From NCBI GenBank assembly GCA_963845755.1, contig CAWJTV010000011.1, positions 1,216,001 to 1,280,000 on the forward strand: 64,000 nucleotides of DNA, written 5' to 3'. Position numbers and translations under genes: made by a program. This document shows, piece after piece, positions 36,253-46,966 of this stretch. A model generated the notes under the pieces. It worked only from the letters and a program-made list of their open reading frames with translations, was not told where the DNA came from and did not search any database. This stretch comes from an uncultured Planctomycetota bacterium. GTDB taxonomy: Bacteria > Planctomycetota > Planctomycetia > Isosphaerales > Isosphaeraceae. Positions within the stretch are counted from its first letter, which is position 1, and every line of letters begins with the position of its first letter.

Positions 36253-38073
36253 ATGAGACGCCCAGGAAGCACTGGCCGGTGTGGCCGGTTGGCGATGAAG
36301 ACCGGGCTAGCCCTTGCCCTCGCGCTGGGGCTGGCCACGGCGGAACTCGAGGCACAAGACGTTCCCGGGCGGCTCCCGCCCGGTGCCGTGCCGTCGTCGC
36401 CGGCGACCGGGGTTGCCGTCGTCGGTCCGACGACCGTCGAGGGCGGCGCGACGGTGCCGGCCCCAGGTTCGGCCGTTGAGGCCGCGACCGGCGTGCCCGG
36501 GCCTCGGGCGCCCATGCTGTCGCCGGACATCCAGGTCGTCCGGTTCCAGGCGCCCGAGGGGGTCGCGGTCGAGGTCCTGGGACCGACCCCCACCCCCGTG
36601 CCGCAGGGCGACCACGGCGGAGTCCTGACCACGGGGCTCAAGCGCGGTGTGGGATACCGACTCCGGATCTTCAATATCCCCGAGCGGCCGGGTGCCGAGG
36701 TCTTCCCGGTTATCGAGGTCGTGGGGCACCTGCATCGTCCCGAGGGAATCGACCCGGGCAAGTATCCGATCCGCGTCATCTTCACCAGGGATGACCTCGA
36801 TACCGTCCTGGACCTCGGCCGGCTGGTGACCAAGGTGATCTACCTGGAAGACCCCGATCAGGCGTTACCCTTGCGCATGGCCAAGGATCAAATCCCGGTC
36901 GTGTCGCTCAACCCGGCCGAGCACCCCTTGCGGGTGGCCTCGGCGCTGGGGCGGCCGATGGCGATCGTCCGGATCGGCGGCCGGCGGCCCACGCTCGAGG
37001 AGGTCGATGGCGGGTCCGCGGGCGACCTCGGGCTGGATTGGGTCGGGGGGATCGGGACGGGGCCTTGCCCCTATCTGAGACAGGACGGCACCCGCTGCCC
37101 GATGCCGTGCGGGCCGGTGTGCACCGCGCCGGCCCCAGCGGCCCAGACGGCCCTGCCGAGGGATGAATACCTCTGCGACGGCGGCGACCGGGGCATTCGT
37201 GCGACCGTTGGGCCCAATGGCCTGCTGGGCGGCATCGAGCCGCGCGACGCGGTGGTCCGCTTCGATATCGGCCTGGGAGAGCGCGTCCAGCCGCGCGTCC
37301 TGCCGACCAATGTCGTCTGCCTCTACGCCCCGCGGTTCGCCGAAGTCCGGGTCACCACGGGTACCAACGCGACGATCGACGTCCAGGGGCCCCGGGTGGG
37401 CCACGTCGTCGAGACGCCGCTCTTGGCCCGGAACGAGGCCGGGGCTCGCCGCATCGCCCAGAACCAATCCGCCGAGCTGGCCCGCAATCGATCGCGGGCC
37501 TCGGGCCTGAAGAGCCGCGAGTGGATTGGCGAGGAGTCGAACGACCGCCGGGCGGGCGGCTTCGATAATACCACCCAGCTCGCCTCAAACCTCCAGAAAC
37601 AGAACACCGAGCTGGCCCGCAACCGTGAGAAACTCCTGACGAGGCGGAATCGGATCCGCCTGGAGGGCATCAAGACCGCCACGCCGCCTATCGTGACAGG
37701 GGTCGTCGAAGGGGCCGGCGAGGCAGTCCGGGTCTTCGGGCCGCACTCGATGAACGGCGTCGAGACGCCGCCCAATCGCCCCGGCCTGGCGGTCATCAAG
37801 CGCGTCAGCGCCACCGAGGCCGAGCCGGGCGATAGCCTCACCTACGTGATCGTCTATCGCAACATGGGCAACACGCCGATTCGCACGGTCACCATCGCCG
37901 ACAGCCTGCTACCGCGCCTGGAATACGTCAAGGGCACCTCGCGCGGGCCTGAAGGGACCTCTTTCTCCAGCGCCGTCAATCGCGTGGGCTCGACCGAGCT
38001 GCGCTGGACGCTCCCCGGCATTATCGCCCCCGGCGCCTCGGGACATGTTTCCTTTGAGGTGATCGTGCGGTGA
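36253..38073 (+). CDS. Secreted protein with a C-terminal DUF11 domain; N-terminal domain paralogous to the upstream gene
   Basis: GAGGA RBS; LAVIKRVSATEAEPGDSLTYVIVYRNMGN...IADSLLPRLEYVKG is DUF11-like. Confidence 0.8.
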   Translation: MRRPGSTGRCGRLAMKTGLALALALGLATAELEAQDVPGRLPPGAVPSSPATGVAVVGPTTVEGGATVPAPGSAVEAATGVPGPRAPMLSPDIQVVRFQAPEGVAVEVLGPTPTPVPQGDHGGVLTTGLKRGVGYRLRIFNIPERPGAEVFPVIEVVGHLHRPEGIDPGKYPIRVIFTRDDLDTVLDLGRLVTKVIYLEDPDQALPLRMAKDQIPVVSLNPAEHPLRVASALGRPMAIVRIGGRRPTLEEVDGGSAGDLGLDWVGGIGTGPCPYLRQDGTRCPMPCGPVCTAPAPAAQTALPRDEYLCDGGDRGIRATVGPNGLLGGIEPRDAVVRFDIGLGERVQPRVLPTNVVCLYAPRFAEVRVTTGTNATIDVQGPRVGHVVETPLLARNEAGARRIAQNQSAELARNRSRASGLKSREWIGEESNDRRAGGFDNTTQLASNLQKQNTELARNREKLLTRRNRIRLEGIKTATPPIVTGVVEGAGEAVRVFGPHSMNGVETPPNRPGLAVIKRVSATEAEPGDSLTYVIVYRNMGNTPIRTVTIADSLLPRLEYVKGTSRGPEGTSFSSAVNRVGSTELRWTLPGIIAPGASGHVSFEVIVR

Positions 38074-38240
38074 CGACGGCGTGCCCCGAGTGGCCCATCC
38101 GGTCATTGTCAACCCAAGCGCCTGCGCTCGGATAATAGCCTCCACGGTGATGACCTCACCAATCCGCCCTCTCTCGAGGCGGTTACGGTGTAACCTTTCC
38201 GACGGCCCGGGAAGGATCCACCGTAGGAGGCAATCGAGCG

Positions 38241-38858
38241 ATGAGTGCGGACGCAGGAGACACAGAGGACCTGATCGAACGGGCCGGCCGGGGTGATTCC
38301 CTGGCGGTGGGAACGCTCCTGGCCCTGCACCGTGATCGGCTGCGTCGGATTATCGCCGCACGGCTAGATTCCCGCCTCCTGGCGCGCGTCGATCCGTCGG
38401 ACGTCGTGCAAGAGACCCTGGCCGAGGCCGCCGCGGCGTTCCCGCGCTACGCGCACGAACGCCCGATCCCGTTCCTCGCCTGGCTGCGACAGTTCGCCTG
38501 GCAACGGATCGTGAAGCTCCACCGGTTTCACATTCACGCGCAGCGGCGGAGCGTCGTCCGCGAGGCGGACCTCGCGCCGGAGCTACCCGACGAGTCCGTG
38601 CTGGAGCTGACCCGGCGCCTGACGGCGGACGGAACCAGCCCGAGCCAGGCCATGATCCGCGATGAGTCGCGTCAGAACGTCCGCCATGCCCTCGCGAAGC
38701 TCGCCGCCTCCGACCAGGAGATCCTCCTCATGCACATCGTCGAGCAGATGACGATGGCCGAGGTTGCCGGCGTGCTGGGGATCACCGAGGGCGCGACGAA
38801 GGTCCGTCACCTGCGCGCCCTGCGCCGGCTCCGAGTCCACCTGGACCCGCCACGATGA
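38241..38858 (+). CDS. ECF sigma-70 factor, planctomycete kinase-associated type
   Basis: RLDSRLLARVDPSDVVQETL, AWLRQ, TSPSQ and region 4 EVAGVLGITEGATKVRHLRAL; ATGA overlap with the kinase. Confidence 0.92.
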   Translation: MSADAGDTEDLIERAGRGDSLAVGTLLALHRDRLRRIIAARLDSRLLARVDPSDVVQETLAEAAAAFPRYAHERPIPFLAWLRQFAWQRIVKLHRFHIHAQRRSVVREADLAPELPDESVLELTRRLTADGTSPSQAMIRDESRQNVRHALAKLAASDQEILLMHIVEQMTMAEVAGVLGITEGATKVRHLRALRRLRVHLDPPR

Positions 38859-41673
38859 TCACGACGAGCCCCCACATCACCAGCAGCGCGACGGACGAAC
38901 GCCTGGCCGAGCTGGTCGAGCGGTTCCTCGATCGGCTGCGATCAGGCGAGGCGATCGATGCCGGATCGTTCGCCGCCGAGCATGGCGAGCATGCCGCGGC
39001 CCTGCTCGAGATCCTGCCGGCGGTCGTGGCCCTGGCCGGGTTCCCGGACAAGGATCCCGCACCCGGATTCCCGATGAACGCGGAAGTCGTGCTCGATGCC
39101 GGGGTGCTGGGCGATTTCCGGATCACGCGTGAGATTGGCCGCGGGGGGATGGGCGTGGTCTACGAGGCGGAGCAGGTTTCGCTCGGCCGCCGCGTCGCGT
39201 TGAAGGTCCTCCCCCACTTCGCTGCCCGGGACCCCAGGCAGCTCGCGCGGTTCCACGTGGAGGCCCACGCGGTCGCGGCACTGAACCATCCCAACATCGT
39301 GCCGATCTTCGCCGTCGGCAGCGATCACGGCGTCCATTACTACGCGATGCAATTCATCGAGGGACGCTCGCTGGCCGACCGGATCGCGGTGGCTCGTCGC
39401 GAAGCGGAAAGCGGCGGCAGCCGGCCTCGTCCCGGCCTGGCGCCAGCGGAGGTCGCGCGACTGGGCGTTCAGGCGGCCTCGGCGCTGGACCATGCTCATG
39501 GCCTGAGCATCCTCCACCGAGACATCAAGCCGGCCAATCTCCTGGTCGACGAGACGGGCCGGCTCTGGGTGGTCGACTTCGGCCTGGCCCGCGTCCAGAC
39601 CGGTAGCGACCTGACCCCGACCGGCGACGTCCTGGGCACCCTGCGCTACATGAGTCCGGAACAGGCCCTCGCGCGGGGGATGCTAGACCCGCGCAGCGAC
39701 GTCTATTCGCTGGGGATGACCCTCTTCGAGCTGCTGGTCCTGCGCCCGGCTTTCAACGGCGACGATCGCCAGCAGATCCTCCGCCAGATCGCCGAGGAAG
39801 AACCGGTGCGGCTCCGGAAGATCGACCCGACGATCCCGCACGATCTGGAGACGATCATCCTCAAGGCGATGGCCAAGGAGCCGCTAGGGCGTTACGACTC
39901 GGCGAGCGAGCTAGCCGAGGACCTCCAGCGCTTCCTCCGGGAGCAGCCGATCCGCGCCCGCCGCCCGCGTCCGGTCGAGCGGATCGGCCGATGGATGCGG
40001 CGTCACAAGACGGCCGTCGCGGCGACAGCCGCCATTCTCCTGCTCGCCATGATCGGCCTGGCCGCGGGATACCTCATGCTCTGGAAGGAGCAGGGCCGGA
40101 CGCAGGAAAACCTCGAGATGGCCTTGAGGTCGCTCGACAAGCTCCATGTCTACCTCGGCGAAGAAGGTCTCAACACGAATCCCGAGCAGACGGAGTCGAT
40201 CCTGGCTTCCTTGGAGGCGGACCTGGTCCTCTACGAGAGGCTCGCCGGCCAGAACCCGCAGAATCGCGAAGCCCTTTGGGGCGCGGCGCGGGCTCATCGC
40301 CGGATGGGCGACATCCGGGCGCGGACCCCCTCCCAGCTCGACAAGGCCGAGGCGGCCTATCGCGTGGCCGACCGCCTGCTGTCGGGGCTGTCGTCCCAGG
40401 CCCCCTCCGACTTTCGCTTTCGCGAGGAGCGGGCCCTGACCCTCGGGAACTGGGGAAAGCTCATCTATCATCTCGGCGGCCAGCGCGGATTTCGAGGATC
40501 CCTGGCCGCGGAGGCACCGTTACGCCAGGCCCTCGCGATCGATCGAGACCTCATCGCAAACCGCCCGATGGAGGCGCGGTATCAGCGAAGATTCGTCCAG
40601 AACGCCTTCTACCTGATCGGCGTGCTGTTCATCGCCGATCGGCACATCGAATGCGAGCTTTGGCTCACACAGGCCCGGGATGTCTTGCGGGGGCTGGCCG
40701 ACGGTTCGCTCACGGATCGCCTGGACCTCGCCGTCGACTACAAGCTGCTTGGCGACATGATGCATGCCACCGGCCGTCCCGAGGAAGGCGCCCGGGCTTA
40801 CGACCAGTCCATCGTACTGATGGAATCCTTGTCCCACGAATCCTTCGCCTCGCCGGCCGATCGCCGTTCGGTCGTGGAGCTGTTCGGACGGTTGGGGCAG
40901 CATTCCTTCTGCTCCACGAGCCAACCCGGGAAGGCGTTGGAATTCTACGCCCGAGCGTTACCCACCTGGGATCGACTCGTCGCCAGGATCGATCTGATGC
41001 CCGCCGAGCAATACACCCGAGTCCACGCCCACAGTTACCTTGGTTATCTCTTCGAGAACAACGACCGCCCGCGAGACGCCTTGGCTCCCCGCCTTCGGGC
41101 GGTGGAACTGGGCGAGGCGCTGCTCAGGGCCCACCCGTCGGTGGCGGAGTATCGGAAAGGATTGGCGGGCAACGCCCGCGACCTGGGTTTCGTTCTGGCC
41201 AAGTTGGGACGGGCCGGCGAGGCGTGGCCTTACTTCGATCGCTCCCTCGAGCTGGTGCCGGAGACGCCCGACTCAAGCAAGACATCACCTGGCGTCTGGT
41301 GATCTATCCCAATCCCCGACCGGCCCGCGCGATCGAGATCGCGGAACAACTCACCCGGGATCATCCGGATGATCCGGCGTCCTGGAGTCGCCTGGGCCAG
41401 GCGCGGGTCCGGGCCCGCGACTGGCCCGGAGGGCAGGAGGCCCTGGAGCGCGTGATCCGGACAGCCAGGGGGGGCGATGTCAACGATTGGCTGTTCCTGG
41501 CCCTGGCCCGCTGGCACCGCGGCGACGCGCCCTCGGCCCGCCGTTGGTACGACCAGGCCGCGGACGCCCTGGATCAATCGACGGGCCCCGGAGATCCGGC
41601 GATCGATCTCCTCCGAAGCGAGGTCGCGGACTTGATCGGCGCGGGCGGTTCCCCGCCTCATCGAAAGCCCTGA
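38855..41673 (+). CDS. Hanks-type Ser/Thr kinase with TM and TPR region (frameshift at about 41270)
   Basis: IGRGGMGVVY, VALKVL, HRDIKPANLL, DFGLA, GTLRYMSPEQ, DVYSLG; TM near residue 395; TPR tail completed in a second frame. Confidence 0.93.
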
Positions 41674-41757
41674 ACGAAGCATCCTGACACGTACTGTCTC
41701 GACAGGCGTTCGCCGGGACGTCCCCGGTGTGCGCACACCTTTTCCGGAGTCCGACCC

Positions 41758-42635
41758 ATGAACCGATCGTCTTGCATCCGCGTAACGGCTGCCCTCGTAT
41801 CCCTGGCATCGATCCTCGCCGCGACTCGCCCGGCGAGCGCCGGCTTGATCGGCAATGATGACAAGAGCGGCACTCTCTACAACGTCAACCCCTTGACCGG
41901 CGCCGCATCCGACCCCCGTGCCACAGGGATCTCGGGACTCGTCGGCATCGCCTCCAGTCCCGGGGGCGTCCTGTATGGGCTCACCAGTTTCGGTGGCGGG
42001 CCGACGCCGGATGCCCTCTACCGGATCGACCCGATGACCGGCGCCTCTTCGCTCGTCGGGGCGACCGGGCTCAAGAGCATCTTCGAAGGGGACCTGGGTT
42101 TCGACCCGACGACCGGCGTTCTTTACGGCGTCCAGAACGTCACCTCCCAGGGCCTGGGGCTCTTCACCATCAATACCGACACCGGCGCGGTGACGATGAT
42201 CGGCAATGTCGAGAGGTTCGGCGACCTGTCGGACATCGCCTTCGATAAGTCGGGGAATCTCTTCCTCCTCGACGACGACCAGAACGGCATCAGCAACCTG
42301 CTCGAGGTCAACAAGTCGAACGCATCGATCCTCAGCACGGTCCGGCTGAGCCAGACCCTCGGCCCCGTGGGGGGGATGACCTTCGACCCCAACTCGGGGA
42401 AACTCTACGTGGTCAACGGGACGGACGGCCCGTATACCGGGACCAACAGCTTTTACACGCTCAACACGACGACCGGGCGCTCGCGCTGATCGGCAATACG
42501 GGCCTCTCCGCGGGACTGTCTGGCCTGACCTTCACTGTCGCCTCGGTCCCGGAGCCCGCAACGGGGATCCTCCTGGGGCTCGGCACCGTCGCGCTGGTCA
42601 TCTTCGGTCGTCGCTCGGGATCCAGGACCGCATGA
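41758..42635 (+). CDS. PEP-CTERM sorting-domain surface protein, beta-propeller-like (frameshift at about 42480)
   Basis: Signal peptide, LY..D/NP.TGA repeats; second frame ends VPEPATGILLGLGTVALVIFGRRSGSRTA-stop. Confidence 0.85.
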
Positions 42636-42750
42636 TCTCTTTCCGGATCCGCATCCCGTTGGCGGTTGAACTCGAATCGGCTTCGCGGTACGCTGGGCGA
42701 GTGTTCGAGAATTGTTCGACAATTCGTCCGGCGGTCTCGGGAGACTGGGG

Positions 42751-44270
42751 ATGCTTCGAGTCCTGGGCGGTCCGAAACGCCTCTGCGACGGCGTAACGCG
42801 GCGGGAGTTGCTCCAGGTCGGCTCGCTCGGATTGCTCGGGCTGGGCCTGACAGAATGGCCGGCCCTGACCGCGGCGCGGGCCGGCGAGCCGCTCCCCTCG
42901 GCGAGCCTGCCGGGTTTCGGCCAGGCCAAGGCGTGCATCCTCTTGTTCATGTACGGCTCGCCCAGCCAGCTCGAGACCTTCGACCCCAAGCCCGACGCGC
43001 CGGTGGAGATCCGCGGTGAGTTCGGGTGCATCCCGTCCAGCGTCGCCGGCCTGAACGTCTGCGACCGGCTCCCCCGGCTGGCGCAGGTGATGGACAAGGT
43101 CACGGTGATCCGATCGGTCACGCATCCCTACCCGCTCCACGGCGTGGCGTTCGCAACGACGGGCATCCCCCGGATCGACGTCCCGCTGGAGCTGAATCCG
43201 AAGGACCCGAGCCACTATCCGTTCATCGGCTCCGCGGTGGATTACGTTGACGGCCGCCGGAAAGAAGGGGCGAAACCCGGGCGATCGCCGGTACCCCGCA
43301 ACCTGGTCCTTCCCTGGGCGTTCAGCAGTCATCGGGTCGGAGAGGTCCCGCGCTCGGGGCCGTATGGCGGATTCCTCGGCCAGGCCTATGACCCGGTCTG
43401 CACGGAGTTCGCCGGCAAGGGGACGAACGTCGGCGCAAGACGCTGGCCGGCCAGGTCTGGGAGGATGTCGAGCCGTATCGCGGGATCACGCCGGAGAGCC
43501 GGTTCCAGCTCAGCTCGGTCACGAACCTCGGCCCGGATCTGACCCTCGACCGACTCGACCGCCGTCGCACGCTCCTGGAGCAGATGGAAGACCTGCGCCG
43601 GAGCGCTGATGCGTCGGTCTCGCGCTCCTCGGGCATCGACCGCCATCGCGCGATGGCCTACGACCTCGTCAACTCGCCGAGCCTGCGGCGGGCGTTCGAC
43701 CTGGGCCAGGAGCCGGACGAGAACCGCGAACTCTACGGCATGACGCTCTTCGGCCAGGCAGCTCTGACCGCCCGACGGCTGGTCGAGGCCGGCGGCCGGT
43801 TCATCACCGTGTTCTGGGACGAGTTCGGCCTGGCGGGCACCGGCTGGGACACGCACTGGGACCACTTCCCGCGAATGAAGGACGAGCTGCTGCCGGGCCT
43901 CGATCGCACGCTCTCCGGCCTCTTGATCGACCTGGACCGCCGCGGGCTGCTCGACGAGACCCTGGTCGTCCTCCTGAGCGAGCACGGCCGGACGCCCAAG
44001 CTCTCGCTGACCAACGGCGGCGGGCGCGACCACTGGTCGCGCTGCTACTCGGTCGTCATGGCCGGCGGCGGCGTGGCCCGAGGCACCGTCGTCGGCCAAT
44101 CCGACAAGATCGCCAGCGACCCCGCCGAACGCCCCGTCTCACCCAAGGACATCCTGGCCACGATCTATCATCTGCTGGGTATCGACCCCCACACGTTCCT
44201 CGCCGACCTCCAGGGTCGGCCCATGCCGCTGATCCCCGACGCCGAGGTCATCGGCGAAGTCCTGGCGTGA
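42751..44270 (+). CDS. DUF1501 family protein (frameshift at about 43435)
   Basis: TRRELLQVG Tat-like motif, AKACILLFMYGSPSQLETFDPKP, WDTH, EHGRTPK, GRDHW. Confidence 0.92.
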
Positions 44271-44295
44271 GGTTTGTTGACAATTCCACACAGCC

Positions 44296-44712
44296 GTGAA
44301 TCGAAGCGATTTCAAGCGATTGGCGGAACTGCGACTCCGAGAAGCTGACTCGCTTCTTGGCGCTCGCCATTTCTCCGGAGCGTATTACCTCAGTGGATAT
44401 GCGATCGAGTGCGCTCTGAAAGCCTGCATTGCCAAGAAGACCAGACGTTTCGACTTTCCCGAGTCTCCGGATACGATTCGACAGTATTCCTCGCACAAAC
44501 TCGAACAGCTTGTCATCGCTGCCGGGTTGGGGACAAAATTAAAGAAAGCCAGCGATTCCGATTCGGTCTTCAGGGACTATTGGCTCATCGTCAGCAAGTG
44601 GTCCGAGCAGAGTCGATACCGGATCACTCTCGAGCCCGAAGCCGAAGCCCTCTTGGAGGCGGTCGGCAATCCCGATCACGGAGTCCTCTCATGGATCCAG
44701 TCCTTATGGTAA
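44296..44712 (+). CDS. HEPN domain protein (putative toxin)
   Basis: GAYYLSGYAIECALKACI, RQYSSH, WSEQSRY. Confidence 0.8.
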   Translation: MNRSDFKRLAELRLREADSLLGARHFSGAYYLSGYAIECALKACIAKKTRRFDFPESPDTIRQYSSHKLEQLVIAAGLGTKLKKASDSDSVFRDYWLIVSKWSEQSRYRITLEPEAEALLEAVGNPDHGVLSWIQSLW

Positions 44713-45101
44713 GTGCCAGGCCGCTGCTGCCGGAAGTGATCGACGAAGGAAGGAGGCTGATTCGAGTCCTTCACGAATCGCAGTTCGATGCCGTAGCGGC
44801 GTTTTGGGCCTTCCTGAGCGACCTGGAGCGGTGGCGGTTGTTGATCGCCTCTCGAGTTTATGACCGTGAAGGGCCCATCAAAGCGTATTCGCGTTTCGGA
44901 TCGATCTACGACCACATTACACCGCGATTAAGAGTCGCGATCACGGATGTCGAGCTCTTGAGTTGCGAGGATCATCGCGTGAAAGCCCTGCAAAAGCGAT
45001 TCCCCTTTAAGCGCGAGAAGGCTGATACCGTCATCGAACACACGAGCCTTGACGGGGAATACTTCGAGGCCGTTTACCTGTACCAGCTCTCGGAGATCTG
45101 A
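44706..45101 (+). CDS. Hypothetical protein translationally coupled to HEPN (putative antitoxin)
   Basis: ATG overlaps the HEPN 3' end; 131 aa, GRRLI..L....F....AFW......WRLLIAS...D.EGP..AY. Confidence 0.65.
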   Translation: MVSARPLLPEVIDEGRRLIRVLHESQFDAVAAFWAFLSDLERWRLLIASRVYDREGPIKAYSRFGSIYDHITPRLRVAITDVELLSCEDHRVKALQKRFPFKREKADTVIEHTSLDGEYFEAVYLYQLSEI

Positions 45102-45122
45102 ACGAAAACGGGCGGTGGTCTG

Positions 45123-45824
45123 ATGAAACACCGATCTCGTATCCTTGGGGTCGCGGCGTTCTTGATGCTCGGTCCCGCCAGGGCCGCGCTGGCCGGCATG
45201 CCGACGGTGATGCTGGACGACCTCGCCCGGATGCGGATTCAGACAATCTCGTTCTTCCTGCTGTGTTTCCTCCTGAGCTCGTGGGGCATCCAGCGGATCT
45301 GGAACGCGGCGCGTCGGGATTTCCCGCGTCTGCCTCATTTGAGCTACGCGCGCGCCAACGGCCTGGTCGCCTTGTGGGGCCTGCTGTTCGTCCTGGTGCT
45401 GACGATGATCTCGGGGGCGCGGGAGCTGATGACCCCCGGCGCGTGGAAGAAGCAGGGCTACACGTACAAGCTCGCCGAAGACGCGTCGGCGGTCGATCCG
45501 GCCGCCTCGCGGCATCAGATGGAAATGGAACGCCGCCGCGCGCTGGACGGCCTCCGTGCCGCGCTGTGGACCTATGCCCGGCATCATGACGGAAGGTTTC
45601 CGCCGAACTCCTCACCGCCGGAGATTCCCGATGACGCCTGGCTCGTGCCCGATCCGTCAGCGATGAGGTATCTCTACACTCCCGGCCTGGTCGCCGATCG
45701 CGGCGCCGCGCCGCTGGCCTATGAGCCTGCCATCTTCGAGGGGGATCGGTTCGTCCTGCTGACCAGCGGCGCGATCGTCCGGATGACCGAGGACGCGCTA
45801 CGCACCGCCCTGGACAGGAGGTAA
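45123..45824 (+). CDS. Membrane protein with a degenerate DUF1559-like C-terminal domain
   Basis: Signal plus two TM segments; ALWTYARHHDGRFP and RFVLLTSGAIV echo DUF1559 motifs. Confidence 0.6.
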   Translation: MKHRSRILGVAAFLMLGPARAALAGMPTVMLDDLARMRIQTISFFLLCFLLSSWGIQRIWNAARRDFPRLPHLSYARANGLVALWGLLFVLVLTMISGARELMTPGAWKKQGYTYKLAEDASAVDPAASRHQMEMERRRALDGLRAALWTYARHHDGRFPPNSSPPEIPDDAWLVPDPSAMRYLYTPGLVADRGAAPLAYEPAIFEGDRFVLLTSGAIVRMTEDALRTALDRR

Positions 45825-45829
45825 TCGCC

Positions 45830-46868
45830 GTGAGGCCATGGTTCGTCCGCGCCGTCCTCGGATTCCTGGTGCTGTTCTTGATGGTCTGCATCGGGTTCCT
45901 GGCGCCGATCGACTTCGCGGTCGCCCTGCTCTTCGGCTGGGTCGTCTACCTGTACCGGGTCCTGCCCGAGGTCCGCACCAACTGGTGGGGCCTGGCGACG
46001 GCCATCGCCTGCCTGGTCCCGCTCGCGATCGGCACTCACCTCTTCCTCGCCTGGTTCTCCAGGCAACCGGATGATGCCAAGGCGGTCCTCGAGCGTCGCT
46101 GGCGATGGCGATGGACCGGCTGGCTGATCGCGGGCGTCGTACTCATGTTCGTTGCGGGGTTGGCCGCGGGAGGCGTCGCGCACCAGATCGGCTGGCTGAT
46201 CAACGCTCCCGAGCCCCTCGTGAACGCCGATGGTGGTGGCCGCTCGGCCGCCCGGCGCGCCGCAATCCACGAACAATCTCAAGCAGATGGGACTGGCCCT
46301 TTACTACTACCATGAGAAGCACGGGACGTTTCTGCCCGGAGCCACCTTCGACCGCGTCGGCCGTCCTCTCCATGGCTGGCAAGCGATGATCCTGCCGGAT
46401 ATCGAGCATCAGGAACTCTCCGACCAGATCGACTTCGCCATCCCCTGGGACGCGCCGCGCAACGCCGAGGCATTCCGGACCGAGGTGACCGTGTACCAGA
46501 TTCCCGGGATCAACCAAAAGAAGGACGCGGCCGGCTCCGCGCTGAGCCACTACGCCGGCAACGTCCACATGCTCGGCAGCGATCGACGATGGACCACGAA
46601 GGATGTGACCGATGGTGCGTCGAACACGGTGATGGCCGGCGAGGTCGCCAGCCACTTCAAGCCGTGGGGCGATCCGATCAACCGGCGCGATCCCGCGCTC
46701 GGCGTCAACCGCTCGCCGGACGGGTTCGGCAGCCCGTTCGTCGGCGGCGCGAACTTCCTGTTCGTCGACGGCTCGGTGCGCTTCATCAAGAACGCGATCG
46801 ACCCGAGTGTCCTCAAGGCTTTGGGCACGCCGAAGGGTGGCGAACGGGCCTCGGCCGAGCAATACTGA
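45830..46868 (+). CDS. Multi-TM DUF1559 / H-X9-DG protein without a prepilin leader (frameshift at about 46260)
   Basis: AARRA/QSTNNLKQMGLAL, DGASNTVMAGE, GGANFLFVDGSVRFIK. Confidence 0.8.
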
Positions 46869-46875
46869 GCGTGTT

Positions 46876-46936
46876 CGTAGGTCAGGCTTTCCAGCCTGAC
46901 GATTTCTTGCCGTCAGGCTGGAAAGCCTGACCTACG
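46876..46936. repeat. GTAG-type REP doublet (REPIN-like)
   Basis: Perfect 26-bp inverted repeat CGTAGGTCAGGCTTTCCAGCCTGACG with a 9-nt loop; each arm is itself palindromic. Confidence 0.85.
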
Positions 46937-46966
46937 GGATGCCTCGGGACGAAAGGACAAGGATCC

